A stretch of DNA of 64,000 nucleotides, from positions 216,194,001 through 216,258,000 of the forward strand of contig OZ024740.1 in assembly GCA_964016885.1 (NCBI GenBank), read 5' to 3'. Under the pieces are notes generated by a model, which did not search any database, was not told where the DNA came from, and was given only the letters and a program-made list of their open reading frames with translations. Every line of letters begins with the position of its first letter. The stretch's first letter is position 1. The position numbers and the translations under genes are program-made. Below, one piece after another: positions 52,101 to 64,000 of the stretch. The DNA is from Eledone cirrhosa (taxonomy: Eukaryota).

Positions 52101-53774
52101 CACCAGACAAGGGCTGGGGAGCTGACAGAATCATTAGAGAACCAGACAAGGGCTGGGGAGCTGACAGAATCATTAGAGAACCAGACAAGGGCTGGGGAGC
52201 TGACAGAATCATTAGAACACCAGACAAGGGCTGGGGAGCTGACAGAATCATTAGAACACCAGACAAGGGCTGGGGAGCTGACAGAATCATTAGAACACCA
52301 GACAAGGGCTGGGGAGCTGACAGAATCATTAGAACACCAGACAAGGGCTGGGGAGCTGACAGAATCATTAGAACACCAGACAAGGGTTGGGGAACTGACA
52401 GAATCATTAGAGAACCAGACAAGGGCTGAGGAACTGATAATCATTAGAGAACCAGACAAGGGCTGGGGAACTGACAGAATCATTAGAGAACCAGACAAGG
52501 GCTGAGGAACTGATAATCATTAGAGAACCAGACAAGGGCTGGGGAACTGACAGAATCATTAGAGAACCAGACAAGGGCTGGGGAACTGACAATCATTAGA
52601 GAACCAGACAAGGGCTGAGGAACTGATAATCATTAGAACACCAGACAAGTGCTGGGGAACTGACAATCATTAGAACACCAGACAAGGGCTGGGGAACTGA
52701 CAATCATTAGAGAACCAGACAAGGGCTGGGGAACTGACAGAATCATTAGAGAACCAGACAAGGGCTGGGGTGCTGACAGAATCATTAGAGAATCAGACAA
52801 GGGCTGGGGAGCTGACAGAATCATTAGAACACCAGACAAGGGCTGGGGAGCTGACAGAATCATTAGAACACCAGACAAGGGCTGGGGAGCTGACAGAATC
52901 ATTAGAGAACCAGACAAGGGCTGGGGAACTGACAGAATCATTAGAACACCAGACAAGGGCTGGGGAACTGACAGAATCATTAGAGAACCAGACAAGGGCT
53001 GGGGAACTGACAGAATCATTAGAGAACCAGACAAGGGCTGGGGAACTGACAGAATCATTAGAACACCAGACAAGGGCTGGGGAACTGACAGAATCATTAG
53101 AGAACCAGACAAGGGCTGGGGAACTGACAGAATCATTAGAGAACCAGACAAGGGCTGGGGAGCTGACAGAATCATTAGAACACCAGACAAGGGCTGGGGA
53201 ACTGACAGAATCATTAGAGAACCAGACAAGGGCTGGGGAGCTGACAGAATCATTAGAATACCAGACAAGGGCTGGGGAACTGACAGAATCATTAGAGAAC
53301 CAGACAAGGGCTGGGGAACTGACAGAATCATTAGAGAACCAGACAAGGGCTGGGGAACTGACAGAATCATTAGAGAACCAGACAAGGGCTGGGGAACTGA
53401 CAGAATCATTAGAGAACCAGACAAGGGCTGGGGAGCTGACAGAATCATTAGAACACCAGACAAGGGCTGGGGAACTGACAGAATCATTAGAGAACCAGAC
53501 AAGGGCTGGGGAGCTGACAGAATCATTAGAGAACCAGACAAGGGCTGGGGAACTGACAGAATCATTAGAGAACCAGACAAGGGCTGGGGAGCTGACAGAA
53601 TCATTAGAGAACCAGACAAGGGCTGGGGAACTGACAGAATCATTAGAGAACCAGACAAGGGCTGGGGAACTGACAGAATCATTAGAGAACCAGACAAGGG
53701 CTGGGGAACTGACAACCATTAGAACACCAGACAAGGGCTGGGGAACTGGCAATTATTAGAGCACCAGACAAGGG
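43135..53774 (+). repeat. 39-bp (occasional 37-bp) satellite GGGCTGGGGAGCTGACAGAATCATTAGAACACCAGACAA, ~275 units, derived from a SINE head
   Basis: Direct reading; unit matches SINE heads such as ~11417 GGAATTGGTAGTATCATTAGAGCATTGAACAA; last unit runs into a SINE body. Confidence 0.97.
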
Positions 53775-54493
53775 GTTTGCCATATTTGTTCCAACTTTTT
53801 CCGCTCTGTGTTTGAATCTGAATGAGGTCAACTTTGTTTTTCATCTTTCCTCAGTCAAGGATATAATATACCAGTGAAATAAAATAAAATATCACAAACT
53901 ACTGGCATGGTTCCTAAATTATAAACATCATCATCTCTATTTAATGTCCATTTTTCCACACTAGCATAGGTTAAACCATTATTATTATCATGACAGCACC
54001 AGTAATGCACTGGGATAATTGCTGGCCTTTGTGCCAAAAGTAGAAACAATTATTATCAAGAAAGAAGAGGGTGTTTGGTTGGCAGAATTATTAGTGTGTC
54101 AGGCAAAGTTCTCTGTGATATATCTTTCAGCTATGTTCTGATTTCCAATCTCACTGAAGTCAACTTTGCCTTTCATCTTTCCATGGTCAATAGAATAAAG
54201 TACTAGTCCAATACTGGGATCAATTTAACCAACTACCTCCTTGTCCAAAATTTTGCTGGCTTAGTGCCTATGTTAGAAACCATTATTAGAGCAGTGGATT
54301 AGCAGTGGATTGGCAGTATCGGTAGAGGGTCGGACGCCATGCTTTGACGCATAGAGTTACGGACCTTGCCATTCTGAGTTCAAATCCCGCCGAGGTTAAC
54401 TTTGCCTTTCATCCTTACGGGGTCGATAAAATAAAGTACCAGTAATACACTGGGTAATTGCTGGCCTTGTGCCAAAAGTAGAAACAATTATTA
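53775..54493 (+). mobile_element. SINE body continuing from the satellite, followed by further SINE copies (young copy 54300-54493)
   Basis: GTTTGAATCT (B-box-like) and GAGGTCAACTTTGTTTTTCATC right after the array; intact copy at 54300-54493. Confidence 0.8.
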
Positions 54494-56798
54494 GAGCAGG
54501 GAAGACAGAAATATAGGTAAAGTTTTCCTTTTACATTCTGACAGACATGACTTTGCTTTTCATCTTTCCAGGATCAATAAATGAGTACCAGTCATATGTT
54601 GGGATTGATTTACCAAATTCTGACCTCATCCCAGCATTAAAAAAGGTTTGAATCTCAGACATATTGCCATGTGATATAAAATTATGTTATTTTATACCCT
54701 AAGTTCAAAACGTACCAGGGTTATAAATTCAGTACCAGATATGTATGGAAGGGTAGTGGTTTGGCAGTAGCTAAGCTTCATCCTTTTAGAGATTATGAAA
54801 AGCAGGTTTTTGGAGTTCTCAATACTGTATGGGAGTCAATGGCTTAACAAATATACTGTAGTTCTTGATAGAATTTAAATTAATTTTTATACAACTCTCT
54901 TAAAAGTTAGTTTTTAATATATAGATTGTGTGTGTGATTGTGTGTGAGTGTGAGTGTGATTGTGTGTCATGTGAGATGATGGTGGTGTTGTCATAGTGCC
55001 CTACACTTTATTTCTTCATTATTGTGAAATATCTTCAAGGTGTCTGTAACACCTGGTTCAGTAATTTAACACTGGACACTAAAAGCAAATGTATGAATTG
55101 TTTGTTTTTCAGAGTAAACTACATGAAGTGTTGGTAGGGAGGTCTGTCTGTATGATCACTCTCACTGAATCTGTTTACTACTGGAAATTTAACAGCTGGT
55201 CTTAATAACTTCCTTCTTTCAAATCTATTCTATGACAACATTTTCCATTAACATTATTTTACCCAGTTATTTTTTTTCATAACTATTTATGAGAATGATA
55301 GCTGAATACCTTAGAAATTACATGATAATTATATTTCTGAACAAATCATTCTTCATATCGTAGAGGTTTCACTTTTGACTATGAACACTGAAGTTCTTAA
55401 TACAGACATATACATTTTTCTTCAGTTTTTAAGAACTGCTGAAAAACTGCACCATACCCCTGCATATCATAGGAAGCAACTAAAGGGATTAGTGTCAGGA
55501 AGGGCATCCAACTGTAAAACATAACTGTCTAACCATGCATTTGAATCTCTAAAGTGCAATCGTGGGTAATATTTCTTTTTTTTTTTTGTGAATGACCAGC
55601 AGTTTCTGATGTATGTAAGTCTCCCCTCTATACAACATTGATGTTGTCCAAGGGTAAGGCAAAGGCCAATACAATTTGGTGCCAGTGTTGTTGCAACTCA
55701 TTTTTTTCTAGCTGAGTGGACTGAAGCATTGTGAAATATGTCTTGCTCAAGGATACAATGTCAGTTTAGGAACTGAACTTATGATCATAAGTCCAGTGAT
55801 CTAACCATTATGTACAAAAGATACAGCCTTCCATAATACATGTAATATTTTTTCTAAACAGTCTAAAATGATATCAATAACTGTTAACCAAACAAGTCTC
55901 TCTGGTCTTGTTTGTCGTGGTCACTTGCATAATTGGATATAGAGACAGCAGCTGGATATTAACATAGAAACAACATGTGGTAACATGTTACATTGCTGCA
56001 CCTCTGCCATGTAAAAGAAAAGCATGAGAAGTGCAGTGTAGCTCTGAACTAAGTTTAAAAGATCTGATATATATCTACAATGATGGATTGTTAAATTGAC
56101 ATCAACTGTTCAAATAATTATTTTTATCCTATATTTGCATCTAAACCATGTTTGCATTAAACAATAGATGGAAATCGTTAAAAAATATGCGAGCATATAT
56201 GTGTGAGTGTATATATATATATACACTATGAGTGTGTCTGGTGTGTATATCGAGAGATTTGGGGTCTGATGCAGAAAAGAACAAAAACAAATACTTCTAT
56301 ATAAATTAACCTGGCTTGTATTTGAATAGAAGCTAAGTGGGTGTCAGTATATTTAATATATGCAGGATTAAAGAAGCTAAACTAAAATAAAACATAGGCG
56401 GAGAAAAGAAAACATTAATCAATGGTTAATATTATTATTTTCTTCCTTTTTTTTATAGGAAGTAGGGGAGACAATTTTGAATGTGTTTCTACAACTTGGT
56501 CATCATCAGTCGAATCTTGCTTCAGTTGTGACTGAATTGATAAGATGCAAAAAAATGTATATTTGTTGACATGCTGATAAATCCTCAGTTGATTCTGTGC
56601 ATCTTTCTCACTATCCTCTGAGGTAATGTATTCACAATTTAGTCAGCTGGAACCATGAGGCATCATCCGTCTGACTTTTGGCAAAAAACATGAAATGATA
56701 GGGTTATAATTAATGATTTAAAACATTTCTTTATGGTTGCTGAGATGTGTTAAGTCTCACTACTTCAATTAATGAATGAAATCACATAAGTCTATATC

Positions 56799-57115
56799 GT
56801 CATCATCATCATCATTTTTAAATCCATTTTTCCATGCTTGCATGGGTTGTATGGGGTCTTTTCAGCACAATACCTCTCCATATGTTGCTATCCTTCATCA
56901 TCTCCACTGTGAGTTTGAGATTTGATATCAGCTCCCACCTCTGCCCAGGTCTTTTATTTAACTTCGTCTACTGCAGCTTCTTTCTACTGGGATTTTCTAG
57001 CACTTCTTCACCCAATGATTACCATCCATGCACATCACATGTCTATACCAATGCAGTTTTTTCTGTTGCACACTACTTCTGAGTCCTCTTAAACCCAGTT
57101 GTTCTCTCCCATTAA
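56799..57115 (-). mobile_element. Degenerate RTE LINE 3' fragment
   Basis: (CAT)n tail and homology to 10606-11004 and 39262-39489. Confidence 0.75.
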
Positions 57116-58750
57116 CATCATCATCATCATCATCGTTTAACGTCCATCTTCCACGCTTGCATGTGTTTGGACGGGAGTTTTCCCACTTGAGGCAAGAGTG
57201 GTTGTCTTGCTCGTATAGGACTGTCTGGCGGGTTTTCTACGGCTGGATGCCCTTCCTAACACCAACCACGTTTACAGTGTGGACTGGGAGGTTTTTACCG
57301 TGTTACCTACACGGCCACATTACAACGTGGACTGTGTGTTTTTTTGTCGTGACACCTACACGACCTCATTTGTTTCGCACTGGATGTTGTGGTACCAACA
57401 TAACTTTACATTGAAAGGGGTGGTGTGGATGGGGTGGGGGTAGTGGGACGGGGGGGTGTATTTTGTTAGAGGTGCCTACTGACTGTAGTAGGTTTCACTT
57501 TGTACTTAGATAAGGCGGGTCTTCTCTATTACTGAGTACCGCCAAAGATCTCGGTCCAGTGACATTGTCTTGGAGAGGTGTAAGTGTGTGAGGTCGGAAT
57601 TTATCAAGTCGTCCCAGGTTTTTCTGGGTCTGCCTACTCCGTGGCTACCGTCTATTTTTATTGCCCTGCACTTTTTAATACAGCTGTCGTCTTTCATGCA
57701 CATCACGTGACCATACCAACGTAGCCTTCTCTCGAGTAAACAACATCTGATCCCTCTTATTTCTAATTTTTCCCTTAGTTCGTTTATGCTTTGCCGTTCA
57801 CGTATATTACTATTACACATCCAGCGGAGCATGCAAGCTTCGTTCCTCTCCAGTCTGCATATATCCTCTGCACACAATGCCCAGGTCTCACTGCCATGTA
57901 ACATTGCTGTTCGTATGCAGGCATCATACAGCCTGCCTTTCATTTTTAGAGATAACCCTTTAGCAGCTAATAGTGGTATAAGCTCTCTCAACTTTTTCCA
58001 TCCAGTTCTGACTCTAGCTACTGTACTTTCAGAGCACCCTCCCCCACTGCTGATTTTGTCACCCAAGTAACGGAAGGTGTCCACTATTTCTATAGAACCA
58101 TCTGTGCAATGGAATGAGCTAGTATTCTGTGGGCACTTGCTGCTACTTATTGCACCAGAGCACCGGCCACATATAAAATCTATGTTCTTAGTTAGCTTAC
58201 CTGTGATCCTACTACATCTTTTATGCACCCAAACTTTGCATTTTGGACATAAAATGGAGTTTCTACCTACTCCTTTCCCACACACTGAGCATGGCCATTT
58301 CCCGGATGGGACCGGTGCCTTATTTTCCTTCCTACAAACTAGAACTTTAGTCTTAGACAGGTTAATTTTAAGGCCTTTTGATTCTAGGCCATGCTTGCAT
58401 GTTTGGAATTTCTTCTCTAGTTCGGCCATTGATTCAGCTATGAGCGTTAGATCATCTGCGTATAGGAGTTCCCATGGGCAGCCGGTCTTCAACTCCACTG
58501 TTATAGCCTGAAGGGCAATAATAAATAGTAGGGGGCTAAGAACGGAGCCCTGATGAACACCAACTTTTACGCTAAACTCTTCACTATATTCGTTGTTAAT
58601 TCTAACCTTGCTGACTGTTTCTTTATACATGGCTTGTATAGCTCTCACAAGCCATTCATCAACACCTAGTTTTCTAAGAGCCCACTAGATAATGGAACGG
58701 GGGACTCTGTTGAAGGCTTTCTCCAAGTCGACAAAAGCTAAGTATAGGGT
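57116..58750 (-). mobile_element. 5'-truncated RTE LINE: RT ORF 57506-58648 plus ~390-bp 3' UTR and (GAT)n tail
   Basis: FVDLEKAF, GVHQGSVLSP, LYADD, FRYLG, RLRWYGHV and GRPRKTW motifs; one stop upstream of the 380-aa ORF. Confidence 0.95.
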
Positions 58751-59444
58751 GTATATTGAAATGAAATTCTTTCTGAAGAAATGGTCAAATTTGTAGAAGG
58801 TTAACTAAAAACCTCCACAAAATTTGTTCCAATTCTCTGTTCTGAGTTCAAATCCTGCCAAAGTCTACTTTGTCTTTTTTCCATTTAAGGTCAATAAAAA
58901 AACACCAGTCTACTATATCTATATATCTTTCTCACTTCCATTCTCTCACTCTCTCTATCCTTCTCTAGAAGAAATCTGCTGTATTCAGACCTGGAGAGTA
59001 GATGGGCTCTGACAGGTTTTAAAATGCCCTAGAAACGCTGTATGTCAATATATGGTGCCCCTACATCTCCCTCAGCAGATATGGATCTACATCATACATA
59101 CCTTTATTTGAGATATTCTTCTAAAACAAGAAAATACCTACATGTACCTGGGGAGAATTTTTGTACAGCACACTATCATTTTTATTTATATGTATTTCAC
59201 AACTTATTTTTTATGGAGAAAGGAAACAAAATGTTTAAGAAACCTGTTGAGAATCTTTCATGAGACTGTGTTAATCACAGGTAATACCAATAAACTTAGA
59301 GATCAAAGAAATACACCTATTGCTGTTTTGGCCAGATGGTCAATTTTATTTACTTTTTACTTTTCTTAAAAAAAAAAAAAAAGTAAATCCTAGAGTGACA
59401 GCTAATAAATTAAAAATTGATCATTTTTTAAAAATTATAAAATA

Positions 59445-59930
59445 AGTATACATTGGTGTGAGCCACTGGGTAACTATGGTGGATGCTTTTGATCTTCATC
59501 TACTGTTTGTTACACTGTCACAATGCTGGTTGCCTCCCATACATTGCTGCTCTCAATGAGAGCATTAAACATGGCTTAGACGTTGCTAGCTTTCCATCGC
59601 AGTCAGAACTGGCGGGGTTAGATCAAGGGGATGGCAAAAGGCCAGATAGCATCATAATCTTCCCTCATTGGGATGTGGCATGCAGTGATACATTCTCCAG
59701 CAGTAGATCTTAGTTTCATTGCCCAACAAGCGACTGAAATATTGACTGTTTCCCAATAGGTTTATTGATGAACCTATAGTGGTGGAGATTTCTGGTGTTC
59801 TTGGTCTCTGAACCACCTGTAGCAGTGAGCCCCACAAGCTGGAATGGATATCTCAATTCCCTCACTATCCTCTGGGATAACATTTCTCTATTTTGTTGAT
59901 TAGAACCATAAGACAGCATGCAGCCTAGGC
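59445..59930 (+). pseudogene. CRE-like non-LTR retrotransposon restriction-like endonuclease fragment
   Basis: AALNESIKHGLDVASFPSQSELAGLDQGDGKRPDSIIIFPHWDVACSDT and KY..PIVVEISGVLG match the ALND..PS.LEP.GL.R.DGKRPDG..WD.TC.DT..P.AVET.G pattern. Confidence 0.75.
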
Positions 59931-60579
59931 TCTGAACGTCAAAGAACATTCTCAAACATTGACCAAACATATCACTGTGATAGTGATGGTGGTAATCTGT
60001 AGTTAATTCTATTTGTATTAATATAATATATATATACAAACATACACTTTATTATAGTCGTAGTATTGAGTAGACATGATTGACTAAATTCCTTCAGGGT
60101 GGACATCAGTTTTATGATAAAAACAAGTAAATAAAATAAATATATATGGGCTACTTAAAATAATAATATGTTTTCTTTTAATGTATACTATTATGTTAAA
60201 AGTATGTATAGAATATAGATATTATATTAACTAAGTTAAGTAGAATGATATTGTCGTTTGTATTAATTTCCTTTCTGTACCTATTTCATTCCCTCTGAGT
60301 AGCAGCTGACTCTAATATATATCTCAATACACTAATCTATCAACCTATATACACTGTATATCTCTGTAATCTCCATCAAGCTGCTGCCAGCTCAATCCTT
60401 ATATCTTTATAGTGACAAGACCTCACTCTGTATGTATGGAAGATTAAAACCATATACAGTTTTACTTGCAAAGCCAGGAATATTTATATCTTGTTTTCTA
60501 TTATATACAAAACTGACCAGTTCTCCGTAATGTTGACTTTGGGTCAGTAAATCTCTATGATTATACCATCCTCTCTTCC

Positions 60580-60790
60580 ATCATCATCACCATTTAATGT
60601 CTATTTTTCATGCTAGCATGGGTTATAAGAGTTGTCTTGTTGTGAGACAAATCAGATCAGGTAACCATATCTTGCTCATACAGAACTGTTCCTGACTTGG
60701 TTTCTATGTCTGAAGACCTTTCCTAAAACCAACCACATTTAAAGCATGGACTGGGTGCCTTTTATAGTGGTGCCAAAACGACCAACTGAT
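60580..60790 (-). mobile_element. RTE-tailed SINE/non-autonomous element
   Basis: Homologous to 16120-16320. Confidence 0.65.
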
Positions 60791-61748
60791 AGGCTAGTTA
60801 CTTTTATTCTTACAAAAAGACTTCCCATATTCCAATACAGCTAGTTTCTCATATTTGACCATCAAAAAGAACAACATGACATTGTATGTTGCATCATCTG
60901 TCCTCTCTTTCTTATTTTCTTTTTTTATCATTCTGACCAAAAGTCTAACTCTGTAGCATCTTTCCACCAAATATACATATTATAGTCTATTTATTCTATT
61001 CACATTGTAAGCTATGCAACTACCATGTTGTCATGATATTCAGAGCTAAACAAAAGACTTGGAAACAGTGCAAGAAAGTACAAACTAAAGAGCAATATCA
61101 ATAAACTTGTATGAAGCAAAGTTGCCTGAAAAGAAGCTGGGACTAGGAAATTTATGAATGAAATATTCAAGATTATAGAGCAATGCATTCATACAAATAA
61201 GGAAGTTATGGTGGAAAGGCATTAAAAACATGATTCTAAGAGATTGTTGAATGAAAACCTGTAAGTGATATCAACAAAGATAGTATATTCACAAAGACAA
61301 TTATGGAGATGAAGGTAGTGAAAATTGTTGAAGAGTATCATACAGGTTATGTAGAGCATATGGTAGCAACTTGTATACTTGACTCTTTTAATGCCAACCC
61401 ACCTGAAATTATAAATCTGTTCTAAGCTGAAGGCTCATCAGGCAAGGGGTTTTTCCTTGGCATTAAGTGACTGAGAGGATAAAACTTTCCTTGGCTAGGA
61501 TGCCAGTCTATCGCAGGATTAATTTCCCGGCAACTGTTGGTATTCACTTTTAGCTGAGTATGTTGGAGCAATGTGAAATAAAGTGTTTTGCTCTAGAACA
61601 CAAAACAGCAGCCTGTTCACACATTGTATTGACAACTTTATGATCCTACATCAAGCACCCTAACCATTAGGCCATGTGTCTTCATGCAAAATTGCCCCTG
61701 GTTTTATGGTATGCAACTGCTCGTGTTAAAGGGGACATATTTAAATTA

Positions 61749-61940
61749 TAATTGTTTCTACTTTTGGCACAAGGCCAGCAAATACCCAGTACATTACTGG
61801 TACTTTATTTTATCGACCTCGTAAGGATGAAAGGCAAAGTTAACCTCGGCGGGATTTGAAATCAGATCATAAAGGGCCGTAACTCTTTGCTGCAAAGCAT
61901 GGTGTCCGACCATCTACTGATACTGCCAATCCACCGCCCT
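61749..61940 (-). mobile_element. tRNA-derived SINE, full length, with apparent TSD
   Basis: Reverse complement of 54300-54493; ATATTTAAATTATAAT on both flanks (~61737-61752 and ~61945-61959). Confidence 0.88.
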
Positions 61941-62344
61941 TGTATATTTAAATTATAATGTTCCATTATAATTTTATGTGAAAAATATTTCTTAACTTAC
62001 ATTTCAAACATCAGCATAATAATGAAAAAGTTAAACAATATTACTAAATTCCTTCAAATTCTTCATTATTTTCAAAATAAGTTGAAATACAAGGTATTTC
62101 AATAAAAATATTACAATAAAAGGTGTTAGTTAGGTAATGCAGTAAACCTTTATAGTAATGACTGGTGTAGAATGATCTTTATAAACTGCTACAAACATTG
62201 AAACAGTCACACCAGACGAAACTAGTTAAAGAGTGTCTTAAAATTAGTACAGGATATATGTGCTACATAAGGATTGAATCGCCAGAGATTGCAATCCTGT
62301 AAACAGAAAAGCCTGACAAGTGTAAATTTGAGAAAGTTTATTAA

Positions 62345-62558
62345 TCCTTTAGCATTTACATTACACTATATTTATTATTATATTTACATGGTTAAGGCTT
62401 TACCTCACATAATTATGTCACATAATATCGATCTATGAGATTTGAGTATTATTTATTTTGAGACCTTAATATCAATATGAGCAGCCAGTTACAAGTGGTT
62501 TGAACAGAAAGAGGTGAGAGAATTCTGGCCAGATATAGCCGGTTTAAATGCTAAAGGG
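62345..62558. mobile_element. piggyBac-like MITE (second copy)
   Basis: TTAA-TCCTTTAGCATTTA ... TAAATGCTAAAGGG-TCAA; homologous to 1088-1306. Confidence 0.8.
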
Positions 62559-62869
62559 TCAAGTAAAATAAAAGGGAGCACCACACGGGAGCTATTCAAT
62601 ACATACCAAATACCATTCTATTATACATCCACACAAAGTTGAACCAGCTATCTTTTGTCATCAGACATGTACCTTGTAGCATTAATATAACAGCTTGTTA
62701 TGCTAACATTCTCTTGAAAACATCACAGCATTGTAGTGCACCTGAGCACTGTACACAATAATTTTCATTATTATTATTACAATATGACCAGATTTCGTGA
62801 GGTAATGATTTTTTTTAATTTTGTTGTTGCACCTGCAGAGAGAGGCCAGTTATAATATGGCTCCTCCAT

Positions 62870-63862
62870 GTATTTCTGTTGAAATAAGTTGGGTGTGTTG
62901 TATGTTATGATGTAATTGGTAGAGAGTATATTTCTGTTGAAATAAGTTGGGTGTGTTGTATGTTATGATGTAATTGGTAGAGAGTATATTTCTGTTGAAA
63001 TAAGTTGGGTGTGTTGTATGTTATGATGTAATTGGTAGAGAGTATATTTCTGTTGAAATAAGTTGGGTGTGTTGTATGTTATGATGTAATTGGTAGAGAG
63101 TATATTTCTGTATAAATAAGTTGGATGTGTTGTATGTTATGATGTAATTGGTAGAGAGTATATTTCTGTTGAAATAAGTTGGGTGTGTTGTATGTTATAA
63201 TTGGTAGAGAGTATATTTCTGTTTAAATAAGTTGGGTGTGTTGTATGTTATAATGTAATTGGTAGAGAGTATATTTCTGTTGAAATAAGTTGGATGTGTT
63301 GTATGTTATGATGTAATTGGTAGAGAGTATATTTCTGTTGAAATAAGTTGGGTGTGTTGTATGTTATAATGTAATTGTTAGAGAGTATATTTCTGTTGAA
63401 ATAAGTTGGGTGTGTTGTATGTTATAATGTAATTGGTAGAGAGTATATTTCTGTTGAAATAAGTTGGGTGTGTTGTATGTTATAATGTAATTGGTAGAGA
63501 GTATATTTCTGTTGAAATAAGTTGGGTGTGTTGTATGTTATAATGTAATTGTTAGAGAGTATATTTCTGTTGAAATAAGTTGGGTGTGTTGTATGTTATA
63601 ATGTAATTGGTAGAGAGTATATTTCTGTTGAAATAAGTTGGGTGTGTTGTATGTTATAATGTAATTGGTAGAGAGTATATTTCTGTTGAAATAAGTTGGG
63701 TGTGTTGTATGTTATGATGTAATTGGTAGAGAGTATATTTCTGTATAAATAAGTTGGATGTGTTGTATGTTATGATGTAATTGGTAGAGAGTATATTTCT
63801 GTTGAAATAAGTTGGGTGTGTTGTATGTTATAATTGGTAGAGAGTATATTTCTGTTTAAATA
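62870..63862. repeat. 58-bp minisatellite, ~17 units
   Basis: Unit TATTTCTGTTGAAATAAGTTGGGTGTGTTGTATGTTATGATGTAATTGGTAGAGAGTA. Confidence 0.95.
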
Positions 63863-64000
63863 AAGGCATGCTAGAGTTTCTGGTGTAAAAGAAAATGAGG
63901 CACCATGTTGTAGAATGGAGATGTGTGGCCTAGTGGTAAGGGTGTTGGACTTACATTCATGTTATGGGATCAATTACTGGACTGGGTTGTGTGTGGTGTT

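Noticed and set aside
43901-53759. ORFs up to 848 aa in the 39-bp array
   Set aside because: Open in several frames at once, broken by 37-bp units, and the monomer derives from a non-coding SINE head
43135-53774. Resemblance of GGGCTGGGGAGCTG to immunoglobulin switch repeats or G-quadruplex arrays
   Set aside because: No Ig context in an invertebrate-like genome; only two G-runs per unit separated by ~30 nt; SINE origin is sufficient

Overview
AT-rich eukaryotic, repeat-dominated DNA. The SINE and RTE repertoire points to an octopod cephalopod (inference). No host protein-coding gene could be supported. About 35-40% of the window is minisatellite: a ~9.4 kb 30-bp array, a ~10.6 kb 39-bp array, and smaller 21, 26, 33, 42, 58 and 122-bp arrays. 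These explain nearly all long ORFs in the track. The rest is decayed LINE fragments (RTE, RTEX-like, CRE-like, Penelope-like), tRNA-derived SINEs, Tc1/mariner/pogo and piggyBac-like MITEs, microsatellites and several long foldbacks. Highlights: (1) the 30-bp satellite is built around a perfect GGTCAnnnTGACC estrogen-response-element core in roughly 300 units; (2) the 39-bp satellite is an amplified SINE Pol III head that runs into the rest of the SINE, and a 122-bp array amplifies a SINE 3' half; (3) hammerhead-ribozyme-like motifs occur in Penelope-type termini near (TA)n; (4) a PHD-like C4HC3 finger lies inside an RTE reverse transcriptase. Coordinates were read by eye and degenerate-element boundaries are approximate.
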